A stretch of DNA of 64,000 bases, from NCBI RefSeq assembly GCF_947503465.1, contig NZ_CANNDN010000006.1:8857-72856 (forward strand), written 5' to 3'. Of this stretch, positions 42,753 to 52,896 are shown one piece after another. How positions within the stretch are numbered: position 1 is the stretch's first letter; each line of letters begins with the position of its first letter. The position numbers and the translations under genes are program-made. The notes below the pieces were generated by a model. The model ran no database searches. It saw only the letters and a list, made by a program, of their open reading frames with translations, and was not told the origin of the DNA. The stretch comes from an uncultured Tateyamaria sp. (GTDB taxonomy: Bacteria > Pseudomonadota > Alphaproteobacteria > Rhodobacterales > Rhodobacteraceae).

Positions 42753-43430
42753 ATGTATGACCAAACCCGCGCCCGGGTCGAAACCTATTTCGACCGCACG
42801 GCGACCAAGACATGGGAGCGTCTGACATCAGACGCGCCGGTGTCGCGCATTCGGGAAACTGTGCGCGCGGGGCGGGACCGGATGCGCGACCTGATGCTGA
42901 GCCGACTGCCCGACGACCTGCGCGGGGCACGGATCCTCGACGCGGGCTGCGGCCCCGGCATGGCGACCATCGAACTTGCCAAACGTGGCGCGACGGTTGT
43001 GGCCGCCGATATCTCGCCGCAACTGATCGACATCGCGCAACTGCGCCTGCCCCATGACCTGCAAAGCCGCGTGATCTTCCACGCGGGCGACATGCTCGAC
43101 CCGAAACTGGGCCGCTTTGACGCCGTGATCGCGATGGACAGCCTGATCTATTACACCGCCCCCGACATCGGCGACGCCCTCGCCACACTCGAACCGCGCG
43201 TCAGCGGGCCCATCATCTTTACCGTGGCCCCCCGCACGCCCGCCCTCATGGCGATGTGGTACGCAGGAAAAGCGTTCCCCCGCTCTGACCGCTCCCCCGT
43301 CATGATCCCGCACGCGCATCCGAAACTGGCCAAGGCCGCCAAGGCCGCAGGCGTCCGCCGGATGCTGCGCCCGGTGAACCGCATCACCAGCGGTTTCTAC
43401 ATTTCCGAAGCGATGGAGCTGCGCCCGTGA
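42753..43430 (+). CDS. bchM: Mg-protoporphyrin IX methyltransferase
   Basis: Trimmed to MYDQTRARVETYFDRTATKTWERL. SAM motif ILDAGCGPG. Confidence 0.9.
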   Translation: MYDQTRARVETYFDRTATKTWERLTSDAPVSRIRETVRAGRDRMRDLMLSRLPDDLRGARILDAGCGPGMATIELAKRGATVVAADISPQLIDIAQLRLPHDLQSRVIFHAGDMLDPKLGRFDAVIAMDSLIYYTAPDIGDALATLEPRVSGPIIFTVAPRTPALMAMWYAGKAFPRSDRSPVMIPHAHPKLAKAAKAAGVRRMLRPVNRITSGFYISEAMELRP

Positions 43431-44851
43431 GCATGCTCAAGCATCTCTCGCTCAAGGCTTTGCCCTTTGCAGATGCAGCGTCGCCTGACCTGCCGATGGG
43501 CCAGCTTCTGCGCCTGTCGCTGTTCCAGGTGTCGGTCGGCATGGCCTCGGTCATGCTTCTCGGCACGCTCAACCGCGTGATGATCGTGGAACTGTCGGTC
43601 CCCGCCATGATCGTTGCAATCATGATCGCGCTCCCGGTGCTGTCGGCCCCGTTCCGCGCGCTTCTGGGCTTTCGGTCCGACACCTACCGCTCTGCCATCG
43701 GGTGGAAGCGCATCCCCTATATCTGGTTCGGCGCGCTGTGGCAGTTCGGCGGGCTCGCCATCATGCCCTTTGCCCTGCTGGTCCTGTCGGGCGATACGGT
43801 GATCAAGGTGCCCTTCGCGGGCGAGGTCCTTGCCGCGCTCGCCTTCCTGATGACAGGGCTTGGCATCCACATGACACAGACGGCGGGCCTCGCACTTGCC
43901 AGCGACCGGGCCACGGACGAAACGCGGCCCCGCGTCGTCGCGATGCTCTACGTCATGTTCCTAGTCGGCATGGGCATCTCGGCCCTGGTCATCGGCGGTA
44001 TCCTCAGCAATTACAGCAGCTTGACGCTGATCCGCGTGGTGCAGGGATCGGCCGTCGTGGGTGCCGTCCTCACCTTCATCGCGCTCTGGAAACAGGAAAG
44101 CGTGAACCCGATGAGCCGCGCAGAACGCGAGGCCCCCCGCCCCCTCTTCCGCGACGCCTGGAACGACTACGCCGCAGGCGGTCAGGCCGGGCGGCTGCTG
44201 GCCTGCGTCTTTGTCGGCACCATGGCGTTCAACATGCAGGACGTGCTGCTGGAACCCTATGGCGGCGAAATCCTTGGCCTGTCGGTGTCGGCCACCACGA
44301 TCCTCACCGCCCTCTGGGCCGCAGGGGCGCTGACCGGGTTCCTGTGGGCCGGTCGCCGCCTCGCCGCCGGGTCGAACTCCTATCGCCTCGCGGGCGGGGG
44401 TATCCTGGCCGGGATCTGGGCCTTCAGCCTCGTCATTTTCGCAGCCCCGATGCAGGCCAATATCCTGTTCTATGCCGGGGCCACGCTGATCGGTTTTGGC
44501 GGCGGGCTCTTTGCCGTCTCGACGCTGACCGCTGCCATGGCGATGCCCGCCAAGGGGGTCGCCGGGCGCGGTCTGGCCCTTGGGGCCTGGGGCGCGGCAC
44601 AGGCCACGGCGGCGGGCGTTGCCATCGCCCTTGGCGGCACGCTGCGCGACTGGATCCACAGCATCGCCATGACCGGCGCGTGGGGCGACGGGCTTGTCAC
44701 CCCCACCACCGGCTATTCCTTCGTCTATCACATCGAGATTGGCCTGCTTTTCGTCACTCTCATCATCCTGGGACCGCTTGTGCGCACTTCGGCTCCTCTT
44801 ACCGAACGGAAGGACGCGGCGCCGCTGGGCCTCGCGGATTTCCCCACATGA
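43427..44851 (+). CDS. lhaA: light-harvesting 1 assembly MFS protein LhaA
   Basis: 474-aa 12-TM BCD/PucC-family protein between bchM and puhA. GTGA overlap with bchM. Confidence 0.85.
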   Translation: MSMLKHLSLKALPFADAASPDLPMGQLLRLSLFQVSVGMASVMLLGTLNRVMIVELSVPAMIVAIMIALPVLSAPFRALLGFRSDTYRSAIGWKRIPYIWFGALWQFGGLAIMPFALLVLSGDTVIKVPFAGEVLAALAFLMTGLGIHMTQTAGLALASDRATDETRPRVVAMLYVMFLVGMGISALVIGGILSNYSSLTLIRVVQGSAVVGAVLTFIALWKQESVNPMSRAEREAPRPLFRDAWNDYAAGGQAGRLLACVFVGTMAFNMQDVLLEPYGGEILGLSVSATTILTALWAAGALTGFLWAGRRLAAGSNSYRLAGGGILAGIWAFSLVIFAAPMQANILFYAGATLIGFGGGLFAVSTLTAAMAMPAKGVAGRGLALGAWGAAQATAAGVAIALGGTLRDWIHSIAMTGAWGDGLVTPTTGYSFVYHIEIGLLFVTLIILGPLVRTSAPLTERKDAAPLGLADFPT

Positions 44852-44876
44852 CCGCCCGTTGGAAAGGACATCTGTC

Positions 44877-45644
44877 ATGACCGCAACATTCTTTGGCGAA
44901 TTCGACCTGGCGTCGCTGACGCTCTGGTTGTTCTACATCTTCTTCTTCGGGCTGATCATCTGGATCCAGCGCGAAAACATGCGCGAGGGTTATCCGCTCG
45001 AGGATGACGAGGGCAACGCCTCCTCGAACCCGTCGCTGTGGCCGCTGCCCGCGGACAAGACGTTCAAGCTGCCCCATGGGCGGGGCGAGGTCACAGTGCC
45101 CTCGGGCCAGACACCGGAACGCGCAGACATCCCGATGAAACGGACCGGGCCCGGCAATGGCTACCCGCTGGAACCCACCGGTGATCCGATGCTGGACGGC
45201 GTTGGCCCGGCCTCGTGGGCACCGCGCCGCGATGTGCCGGAACTCGACGGGCATGGTCACCCCAAGATCATTCCGATGTCCGCCAATGAAAGCTTTCGCT
45301 TTGCCACGGGCCGTGACCCGCGCGGCCTGCCCCTGATGTCTGGCGACGGCGAGGTCGTGGGCATGGTCACCGACATGTGGATCGATGAACCGGAACAGCT
45401 GGTGCGCTACCTCGAATACACGCTGGACGCCAAATGGGGCACGGGCAACCGCCTGGTGCCGCTGACGCTGGCCCGGATCAAATCCGACCGGGTCGTGGTG
45501 CGCACGCTTTATGGCAAACACTTTGCCACCGTGCCGCAGCATGCAAGCGCAACACAGGTCACCATGCTCGAAGAAGAGAAGATCAGCGGCTATTACGGCG
45601 GCGGTGTTCTCTACACGGGCACACGGCAAGAGCCCAAGCTCTGA
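44877..45644 (+). CDS. puhA: photosynthetic reaction centre H subunit
   Basis: Trimmed to MTATFFGEFDLASLTLWLFYIFFFGLIIWIQRENMREGYPLE. GGAAAGGA upstream. Confidence 0.9.
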   Translation: MTATFFGEFDLASLTLWLFYIFFFGLIIWIQRENMREGYPLEDDEGNASSNPSLWPLPADKTFKLPHGRGEVTVPSGQTPERADIPMKRTGPGNGYPLEPTGDPMLDGVGPASWAPRRDVPELDGHGHPKIIPMSANESFRFATGRDPRGLPLMSGDGEVVGMVTDMWIDEPEQLVRYLEYTLDAKWGTGNRLVPLTLARIKSDRVVVRTLYGKHFATVPQHASATQVTMLEEEKISGYYGGGVLYTGTRQEPKL

Positions 45645-45746
45645 TGGCATGTGCACGCGCCATATCCCGGCAAAGCTCCGGAGCGATCCGGAGGGTGGCG
45701 CGTGCACGTCCAGATACACCACATCAACCACAAGGGAACGTGCGCC

Positions 45747-46379
45747 ATGTCCCATGACGACTTCGAAGTGGAGCCCATCGAGGGTCTCCCGGAACGCCCA
45801 CCGACGGGCGAACAGATCCTGTGGCAAGGCAGGCCCGACACCCTCGCCCTTGCCCGCGAGGCGCTGAACCTCAACTGGGTCATCGGCTATTTCGCGCTGC
45901 TGGCCGCGTGGCGGTTCATCTCGGTCGTCGACCTGATGCCCATCGGCCAGGCCATCGGCGCAACGGTGCCCTTCCTGCTGCTGGGCGCGGTGGTGTGCGC
46001 CCTGCTCTATGTCGTCGCCCTGATCCAGGCGCGGTCGACCATGTACACCATCACCTCGTCGCGCATCGCCATGCGCATCGGGGCGGCGCTGACGCTCACC
46101 ATCAACCTGCCCTACCGCGAACTGGGCAACGCGGCCCTTGATCTGCGCAAGAACGGCACCGGCACCATCGCGCTCGACACCACGGGCAAGACGAAAATCA
46201 GCTATCTCGTGCTCTGGCCCCACGCCCGGCCCTGGCGCTTTGGCAACACGCAACCGGCCCTGCGCTGCATCGCGGACGCCGAAAACGTGGCCCGCATCCT
46301 CGCCGACGCGGCCGAGGCGCGGATCACCACGCCGCAAGTGACCCGCGTTGTCCCGAACGACGCCGTGGCGGCGGAGTAG
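45747..46379 (+). CDS. puhB: photosynthetic complex assembly protein PuhB
   Basis: Trimmed to MSHDDFEVEPI.... Membrane protein in the canonical position after puhA. Confidence 0.8.
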   Translation: MSHDDFEVEPIEGLPERPPTGEQILWQGRPDTLALAREALNLNWVIGYFALLAAWRFISVVDLMPIGQAIGATVPFLLLGAVVCALLYVVALIQARSTMYTITSSRIAMRIGAALTLTINLPYRELGNAALDLRKNGTGTIALDTTGKTKISYLVLWPHARPWRFGNTQPALRCIADAENVARILADAAEARITTPQVTRVVPNDAVAAE

Positions 46380-46383
46380 GCCC

Positions 46384-46887
46384 ATGTCCGACGCCACAAC
46401 CCCCCGCATCCGCGCCAAGGAGGACGAACTGGTCCCCCGCGTGCTGATCCGCGCGGTCCTTGCCCTGCTGCTGATCGTGCTGTCGCTGGTCACCATCGCC
46501 ACACTCACGGACCGCCCCCTCGAAAGCACACCGGCAGCGACACCCATCATCGCCGAACGCGCGATCTACCTCGCGGGCAATGCCTCGGGCGCGGCACTGG
46601 TGCTGGACGCCAACGGCGCGGTGCTGGCCGATTTCCCCGCGGACAAGGGCGGCTTTGTCGCCGGTATCGAACGGGTCATCGCCCGCGAACGCGCCAAATC
46701 CGGCGCCGACGCCACAGCCCCCGTCCTGCTCAGGCTGCGCGAGGGCAACCGCCTTTCCCTCTACGACCCCACCACCGACTGGAGCGCCGAGTTGATGGGC
46801 TTTGGCGCCGACAATCTCCGCACCTTCGCCAGGTTGCTGGAGCCACCCCAATCCCAAGGAGGAAGCCACCATGGGACTACTGACTAA
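46384..46887 (+). CDS. puhC: photosynthetic complex assembly protein PuhC
   Basis: Trimmed to MSDATTPRIRAKEDELVP.... Single TM helix. Canonical position after puhB. Confidence 0.8.
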   Translation: MSDATTPRIRAKEDELVPRVLIRAVLALLLIVLSLVTIATLTDRPLESTPAATPIIAERAIYLAGNASGAALVLDANGAVLADFPADKGGFVAGIERVIARERAKSGADATAPVLLRLREGNRLSLYDPTTDWSAELMGFGADNLRTFARLLEPPQSQGGSHHGTTD

Positions 46888-47167
46888 GGACATCGAACGT
46901 GCCCCCTGCACGGTCGAAATCAGCCACAAGTTCGAAAGCCTGCACGCGCATGTGCGGTTCAACAACGGCGCTGTCGTCTATCCGGGCGACGAAGTGCAGG
47001 TACAAGGGCCCGAAATCATGGCCCCCTTCGGTGAAATCGTCACCGAAGACCGCGAGGCCGTGATCGTGCGCGCCTCCGCCCTCGAACGCCTCTGGACCCG
47101 CCTCACCGGCGATTTCGAAGTCATGGAACTCTGCGAATTCTCCTTCTCCGAAGAGGTGACGCTATGA
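46871..47167 (+). CDS. small conserved hypothetical protein of the puh-acsF region
   Basis: 98-aa ORF (MGLLTKDIERAPCTVEISHKF...) with strong AAGGAGGA upstream. Overlaps puhC by 17 nt and acsF by ATGA. Confidence 0.55.
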   Translation: MGLLTKDIERAPCTVEISHKFESLHAHVRFNNGAVVYPGDEVQVQGPEIMAPFGEIVTEDREAVIVRASALERLWTRLTGDFEVMELCEFSFSEEVTL

Positions 47168-48276
47168 ATATCCAGAACACCGACAAACACACCGCCGACG
47201 CCACATCCGTCGAAGAGGGTCTGGCCATCGCCCAGGCCCAGGACGAACAGTTCACGTCCGAATTCGCCACCGAAACGGCGATGCAGAACACCCTGCTCAC
47301 CCCGCGCTTCTACACCACCGATTTCGACGAACTCGATGCCATCGACGTCACATCGGTCCGCGACGATTGGGACAAGCTGATCGCGCAGATGGAAGCGGAC
47401 CCGAACAAGGGCCATTTCAAGAAAAACGAAGACTGGGATCACGTCGATTGGGACGGGATGGAGCCGGAACTGAAAAAGGAATTCATCGACTTCCTGATCT
47501 CCTCCTGCACCGCTGAGTTCTCGGGCTGCGTCCTCTACAAGGAAATGAAACGCCGCGGGGCCAACAAGGACATCACGCAACTCTTCCAGCTCATGGCCCG
47601 GGACGAGGCACGCCACGCGGGCTTCATCAACGACGCCCTGCGCGAGGCCGGGCTGCGCGTGAACCTCGGCTTCCTGACGCAGAAGAAGAAATACACCTAC
47701 TTCCGGCCCAAATTCATCTACTACGCCACCTACCTCTCCGAGAAAATCGGCTACGCCCGCTACATCACCATCTTCCGGCACCTGCAGGCGCATCCCGAAC
47801 ACCGCTTCCACCCGATCTTCAAGTGGTTCGAGGAATGGTGCAATGACGAGTTCAGCCATGGCGAGGCCTTCGCCCTGCTGATGAAGACCGACCCGAAACT
47901 GACCTCCGGCCTGAACGTGCTGTGGATCAAGTTCTTCCTGACGGCGGTCTACGGCACGATGTATGTGCGCGACCACCAGCGGCCCGCCTTTCACAAGGCC
48001 CTAGGCGTCGACCCCGACTGGTACGCGCACGAGGTGTTCACCAAGACATCGAAACTTTCGGAACAGATCTTCCCGATCACGCTCGACATCGACCACCCCC
48101 GCTGGCAGCGCGGCCTGGAACGGCTGCAACAGGCCAATGCCGACATGGCGCAGGCGACAGGCCTGAAGAAACTCGGCGCGCAAGTCCGCGCGGCGGCGGC
48201 CTTCGTGTCGCTCTACACGATCCCGGCCAAGAAACACGTGGTGCCACAAAGCACCCGGCTGGAGCCCGCGTATTGA
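47164..48276 (+). CDS. acsF: aerobic Mg-protoporphyrin IX monomethyl ester cyclase
   Basis: 370 aa. Di-iron motifs (EFSGCVLYKE, ARDEARHAGF, NDEFSHGEAF). Confidence 0.95.
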   Translation: MNIQNTDKHTADATSVEEGLAIAQAQDEQFTSEFATETAMQNTLLTPRFYTTDFDELDAIDVTSVRDDWDKLIAQMEADPNKGHFKKNEDWDHVDWDGMEPELKKEFIDFLISSCTAEFSGCVLYKEMKRRGANKDITQLFQLMARDEARHAGFINDALREAGLRVNLGFLTQKKKYTYFRPKFIYYATYLSEKIGYARYITIFRHLQAHPEHRFHPIFKWFEEWCNDEFSHGEAFALLMKTDPKLTSGLNVLWIKFFLTAVYGTMYVRDHQRPAFHKALGVDPDWYAHEVFTKTSKLSEQIFPITLDIDHPRWQRGLERLQQANADMAQATGLKKLGAQVRAAAAFVSLYTIPAKKHVVPQSTRLEPAY

Positions 48277-48306
48277 ACCACGCCATCCGGCATAACGCCC
48301 CTGCGG

Positions 48307-48334
48307 CTTCATTGTTCTCCCAATATGCCGGGGG
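48307..48334 (-). repeat. stop-proximal repeat family, copy F (acsF-puhE spacer)
   Basis: CTTCATTGTTCTCCCAATATGCCGGGGG, embedded between the CCTGCGGC/GCCGCAGG inverted repeats. Confidence 0.8.
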
Positions 48335-48388
48335 AACGCCGCAGGCGTGGGGGCAGCGCCCCCGGCGACACGTCCGGGGGGCACACAC

Positions 48389-49198
48389 ATGACCCCCTGG
48401 ATCGCCGCTTTCATCGCGCTCTTCATCTGGTGGTTCTCCACCGGCACGATCCTGATGGCCGTAAAATACGCCGACCGCGCCGGCGAACGGGCACGGCGCA
48501 CCACGACCATCGCGGCCCTGCCCCTGATGGGCCTCGGCGCCTACGGCACCTGGTGGTCCATGACCCAGACCGACATCTTCGGCACCTATGTGGCGTTCCT
48601 GTCGGCACTGGCCCTCTGGGGCTGGATCGAACTGGCGTTCCTCACCGGCATCATCACCGGCCCCAACCGCATGAAACTGCCCACCCACGTCCCCGAATGG
48701 GAACGGTTCATCCGCGCCTGGGGCACGGTGGCCTATCACGAGATGCTGCTGACGGGCACGCTCATCGTCCTCGCGCTCGCCCTCTGGTACGCGCCCAACC
48801 CGTTCGCCTTCTACACCTTCGCGGTGCTGTTCTTCGCCCGCATCTCGGCCAAGCTGAACCTGTTCTTCGGCGTCCCCCGCATCCATGTGGAATTTTTGCC
48901 GCAAGCACTGGCACATCTGCCCAGCCACTTCCGCACGGCGGGCATGAACTGGCTCTTCCCCATTTCGGTCACGGCGCTCACCTTCGCCGCGGCCTGCTGG
49001 CTCGAACGGCTCTATGCCGCCGACACGATGGGGGCTGTCACGGGTTTTGCCCTGCTCACCGCCCTCACGGCCCTCGCGGCCCTCGAACACTGGGTGATGG
49101 TCCTTCCCATCCCCGACGAACGGCTCTGGCGCTGGATGCTGCCTGCGCCCAAACCCACCAAGAACACGACACCACAAGGGGGACATCATGGACTTTGA
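48389..49198 (+). CDS. puhE: photosynthetic complex assembly protein PuhE
   Basis: Trimmed to [25 protein letters not shown]. Multi-pass membrane protein following acsF. Confidence 0.8.
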   Translation: MTPWIAAFIALFIWWFSTGTILMAVKYADRAGERARRTTTIAALPLMGLGAYGTWWSMTQTDIFGTYVAFLSALALWGWIELAFLTGIITGPNRMKLPTHVPEWERFIRAWGTVAYHEMLLTGTLIVLALALWYAPNPFAFYTFAVLFFARISAKLNLFFGVPRIHVEFLPQALAHLPSHFRTAGMNWLFPISVTALTFAAACWLERLYAADTMGAVTGFALLTALTALAALEHWVMVLPIPDERLWRWMLPAPKPTKNTTPQGGHHGL

Positions 49199-50402
49199 TG
49201 TATTGTTCCAAAGCCAAATCGACGCACTGAAGGACGAGGGGAATTACCGCATCTTCGCCGAACTTGAACGCAAGGCCGGCGCCTTCCCGCGCGCCAAGTG
49301 CCACGACGCGGACGCCCCCGACGAGGTGACAGTGTGGTGTTCCAACGATTATCTGGGCATGGGCCAGCACGACAGCGTCATCAAGGCCATGAAGGACGCG
49401 GTTGAACTTTACGGCGCGGGCGCGGGGGGCACGCGCAACATTTCGGGCACCAACCACGCCCACAAGCAGCTCGAGGCGGAACTGGCCGACCTGCACGGCA
49501 AGGAAAGCGCGCTGCTGTTCACCTCCGGCTACGTCTCCAACTGGGCCGCGCTCTCGACACTGGGCAGCCGCCTGCCCGACGCGGTGATCCTCTCGGACGA
49601 ACTGAACCACGCCAGCATGATCGAAGGCATCCGCCATTCCCGCGCGTCCAAGGTGATCTGGAAACACAACGATCCCGAAGACCTCGACCGCAAGCTGGCC
49701 GCCCTGCCCGCCAACGCGCCCAAGATCGTGGCCTTCGAATCCGTCTACTCCATGGACGGCGACATCGCCCCGATCGCCGAAATCCTCGACGTCTGCGAAA
49801 AACATGGCGCGATGAGCTATATCGACGAGGTGCACGCCGTGGGCATGTACGGCCCGCGCGGCGGCGGCGTGGCCGAACGCGAGGGGCTGATGGACCGCAT
49901 CACCCTGATCGAAGGCACGCTTGGCAAGGCCTACGGCGTCGTCGGCGGCTACATCACCGGGTCCGAGGCGCTGTGCGACTTCATCCGCTCGTTCTCAAGC
50001 GGGTTCATCTTCACCACCGCCCTGCCCCCGGCCATTGCCGCTGCGGCCCGCACCTCGATCCGGCACCTCAAGCAGTCGGACCAGGAACGCATCCTGCAAC
50101 GCCAGCGCGTCGCCTACCTGCGCAAGCGGCTGGACCAGGAAGGCATCCCGCATATCGACAACCCCAGCCACATCATCCCGGTGATGATCAAGGACCCGGT
50201 GAAATGCCGGATGCTGTCGGATTACCTGATGCAGCAATACGGAATCTACGTGCAACCCATCAATTACCCGACCGTTCCCAAGGGCACGGAACGGCTGCGG
50301 TTCACCCCCGGACCGCTGCACAGCACCGATGATATCGAACACCTGGTCATGGCGCTCAAAGACCTGTGGAAACAATGCGCTATTGCGCATGCGGTCGCCT
50401 GA
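49188..50402 (+). CDS. hemA: 5-aminolevulinate synthase
   Basis: 404-aa PLP enzyme ([23 protein letters not shown]). 11-nt overlap with puhE. Confidence 0.95.
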   Translation: MDFDVLFQSQIDALKDEGNYRIFAELERKAGAFPRAKCHDADAPDEVTVWCSNDYLGMGQHDSVIKAMKDAVELYGAGAGGTRNISGTNHAHKQLEAELADLHGKESALLFTSGYVSNWAALSTLGSRLPDAVILSDELNHASMIEGIRHSRASKVIWKHNDPEDLDRKLAALPANAPKIVAFESVYSMDGDIAPIAEILDVCEKHGAMSYIDEVHAVGMYGPRGGGVAEREGLMDRITLIEGTLGKAYGVVGGYITGSEALCDFIRSFSSGFIFTTALPPAIAAAARTSIRHLKQSDQERILQRQRVAYLRKRLDQEGIPHIDNPSHIIPVMIKDPVKCRMLSDYLMQQYGIYVQPINYPTVPKGTERLRFTPGPLHSTDDIEHLVMALKDLWKQCAIAHAVA

Positions 50403-50439
50403 CGGGGAAATCGACAGACATTTCCCGCTGAAATTCGGA

Positions 50440-50465
50440 TCAAGTCAAAGTTACTGTTGACTTGA
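50440..50465. repeat. inverted repeat TCAAGTCAA-N8-TTGACTTGA upstream of cycA
   Basis: 9-bp perfect arms, about 50 nt upstream of the cycA ATG. Preceded by the GGGAAAT-N8-ATTTCCC hairpin (50405-50426) just after the hemA stop. Confidence 0.7.
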
Positions 50466-50513
50466 TCACGAACCCGCTACGTTCATTGGCAAGAACTTTG
50501 GAAGGAGACACAC

Positions 50514-50963
50514 ATGTTCCGCACCCTCGCCATCGCAGCCACAACCGCCACGCTGGCCGTGCCCGCATTCGCCGACGGCCATGCCGCCTCCGGTGACGCC
50601 GAAGCAGGCGAAGCCGCATTCCGCCAGTGCATCTCGTGCCACGTCGTGGTCGACGACGCAGGCGAAACGCTCGCAGGCCGCGCCGCCAAGACCGGCCCGA
50701 ACCTCTATGGGATCATCGGCGGCAAATTCGGCATGGTCGAAGACTTCCGCTATTCCGACATCAACCAGCTGGCCGCCAGCATGGAAGACCTGATCGTGAC
50801 TGAAGAGGTGTTTGTACCCTACGTTCAGGACCCCACCGGCTACCTGCGCGAGGCAACGGGCGACAACGGCCGCTCCAAGATGACCTACAAGGTGCGCAAG
50901 GAAGAAGATGCGATCAACATCTACGCCTACCTTGCCTCGCTGCAAGGCGACGGCGAAAGCTAA
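50514..50963 (+). CDS. cycA: cytochrome c2-type soluble cytochrome
   Basis: 149 aa. Signal peptide, CISCH haem-binding motif and distal Met region. GGAAGGAGA upstream. Confidence 0.85.
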   Translation: MFRTLAIAATTATLAVPAFADGHAASGDAEAGEAAFRQCISCHVVVDDAGETLAGRAAKTGPNLYGIIGGKFGMVEDFRYSDINQLAASMEDLIVTEEVFVPYVQDPTGYLREATGDNGRSKMTYKVRKEEDAINIYAYLASLQGDGES

Positions 50964-50987
50964 GCACGCCACGCAGTCACACATGTC

Positions 50988-51017
50988 AGGGCCGTCGGAT
51001 CTTCCGGCGGCCTTTTG
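50988..51017 (+). terminator. intrinsic terminator after cycA
   Basis: Imperfect GC-rich hairpin AGGGCCGTCGGA...TCCGGCGGCCTT followed by TTTTG, 25 nt after the cycA stop. Confidence 0.6.
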
Positions 51018-51140
51018 CGTTGCCGGCAGAATGCCGCTGATGTGAAAGACACGCCCGCAAAAGTGACGGCAAGGGGCTGGACGCCCCCGCACGGGCCGCG
51101 CATCTCTGATGGCATGCCCAGACAGCAAGAAGGACCCGCC

Positions 51141-52709
51141 ATGGCCCGCCTCGCCCCCCTGACGCGCCGCAGCGCCCTCGCCACGCTTCTGGCCGGTGTC
51201 GCCCTGCCACGGATCGCGCTGGCACAGGACACAGGACAGCCCTTTTCCTTCGACTGGCTCAAGGCGCGCATGCAGGCCCGCGCGGCCCAGCCCGACACGC
51301 CCCCCGCCCCGCTCGACACCTTCCTGCAAAACCTCACCTATGACGACTACCGCAACATCTACTTCCGGCCAGAGGCGGCGCGCTGGTCGGACACCCCCCT
51401 GCCCTTCCACGTGTCCTCCTTCCACCCGGGCTGGCTCTTCAACGCACCGGTGCAGATCCACGAGGTGACGGACGGCACCGCCCGCCCGCTCACCTTCACC
51501 ACGGATGATTTCGAATACCGCAACGATGTCGGCACCCGCGTGCCCGATCACGCCGACCTGTCGGGCATCGCGGGCCTCAAGCTGACCTACCCGCTGAACG
51601 AGGCCACGAAGTTCGACGAGGTCGTGACGTTCCTCGGGGCCAGCTACTTCCGGGCGCTGGGGCGCGGCAACGCCTACGGCCTCTCGGCCCGCGGCCTCGC
51701 CATCAATACGTGGCGCGACGGACCCGAGGAATTCCCCCGCTTCTCCGAATTCTGGCTCGAAAAACCCCGCGCCACCGACACGTCCCTCACGCTCTACGCG
51801 GCCCTCGACAGCGCGTCCGTCACCGGGGCCTACAGGATCACCATCACCCCCGGCGACGACACCACCATGGATGTCGAGGCGACGCTCTTCTTTCGCGATA
51901 GCGTCCCGCAACTGGGCCTCGGCCCGCTCACCTCGATGTTCTACTTCGCCGAACACTCGACGCGAAAATTCGACGACTTCCGCCGCCAGGTCCACGACAG
52001 CGAAGCGCTCAAGATCGTCCGCAGGAACGGCGACGTCCTGTTGCGCCCGCTGAACAATCCGCCGCGCGTCTCGTCATCCTATTTCAACGAACCCGACATG
52101 GCCCAGTTCGGCCTGATCCAGCGCGACCGCAGCTACGAGGACTACCAGGACGCGGGCGCCCGCTACCACGACCGCCCGTCGGTGATGATCGAACCGCTGA
52201 ACGACTGGGGGCCCGGCACCGTGCGGCTGGTCGAAATCCCGGCCGACCTGGAAATCGACGACAACATCGTCGCCTTCTGGGTGCCCGAACGCGCCCCCGG
52301 GGCCGGTGAAAGCCGCACCTACGCCTGGCGCATGCACTGGGGCGACCTGCCCCCCTCGGGTGGGCTCGCCTGGGTCCAGGGCACCCTTGCAGGCATCGGC
52401 GGCCCCTCGGGCGTGCCGCTCGAAAACCCCAACCTGCGCAAGTTCGTGGTGGATTTCGAAGGCGGCGCACTCGGCATGATGGACGAAGACGCAAACGTCA
52501 CGCCCATCGTCACCCATTCGGCGGGCGAGATCGCCGGCATGGTCCTGCACAAGGTCCGGGACGCCGCCAAACCCACCTGGCGGCTCTTCATCGACATCGA
52601 CGGCGGGGACGCGGACCTGATCGAACTCACCGCCCATGTCGCGGACGAGACACAAAAACTCTCCGAAACCTGGCTCTTCCAATGGCTGCGCGACGACGCC
52701 CCGACCTGA
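51141..52709 (+). CDS. periplasmic glucan biosynthesis protein, OpgG/OpgD family (Tat-type signal)
   Basis: MARLAPLTRRSALATLLAG twin-arginine signal, then an MdoG-like domain (YDDYRNIYFRPE, SYFRALG, FSEFWLEKP). No opgH nearby. Confidence 0.8.
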   Translation: MARLAPLTRRSALATLLAGVALPRIALAQDTGQPFSFDWLKARMQARAAQPDTPPAPLDTFLQNLTYDDYRNIYFRPEAARWSDTPLPFHVSSFHPGWLFNAPVQIHEVTDGTARPLTFTTDDFEYRNDVGTRVPDHADLSGIAGLKLTYPLNEATKFDEVVTFLGASYFRALGRGNAYGLSARGLAINTWRDGPEEFPRFSEFWLEKPRATDTSLTLYAALDSASVTGAYRITITPGDDTTMDVEATLFFRDSVPQLGLGPLTSMFYFAEHSTRKFDDFRRQVHDSEALKIVRRNGDVLLRPLNNPPRVSSSYFNEPDMAQFGLIQRDRSYEDYQDAGARYHDRPSVMIEPLNDWGPGTVRLVEIPADLEIDDNIVAFWVPERAPGAGESRTYAWRMHWGDLPPSGGLAWVQGTLAGIGGPSGVPLENPNLRKFVVDFEGGALGMMDEDANVTPIVTHSAGEIAGMVLHKVRDAAKPTWRLFIDIDGGDADLIELTAHVADETQKLSETWLFQWLRDDAPT

Positions 52710-52715
52710 AGCCAA

Positions 52716-52740
52716 CCGTAGGGTGGGCAATCTGCCCACC
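52716..52740. repeat. REP-like hairpin CCGTAGGGTGGGCAATCTGCCCACC
   Basis: GGTGGGCA/TGCCCACC inverted repeat, 7 nt after the opgG-like stop. Same unit as at 55354 and 58850. Confidence 0.85.
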
Positions 52741-52896
52741 ATTCCCCCCTTAGGCCGCGCATGCACTGCGCACCATCATGGGGCAACGATCAAAGAACGA
52801 ATGTCCATTTCGAACCCAGACCTACCAAATCGGGATCGGTCTCGCAGATGCAGAAAGGCATGCTACCATTCGGCCTATGGATAAGGAGACAAAGCT

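Noticed and set aside
46630-46646. Partial palindrome-like strings elsewhere: TTTCCCCGCGGACA in puhC, the split TGTCCCC...CGCGGGGCA at 57300-57326 in crtA, and TGTCCCGGCATAGACA at 55039 in crtB.
   Set aside because: They match 12/16 or fewer positions, or need indels. That is within chance expectation for GC-rich sequence, and none lies near the par locus.
50440-50465. Inverted repeat upstream of cycA as an FNR/FnrL box.
   Set aside because: It does not fit TTGAT-N4-ATCAA. It is kept only as an unexplained inverted repeat.
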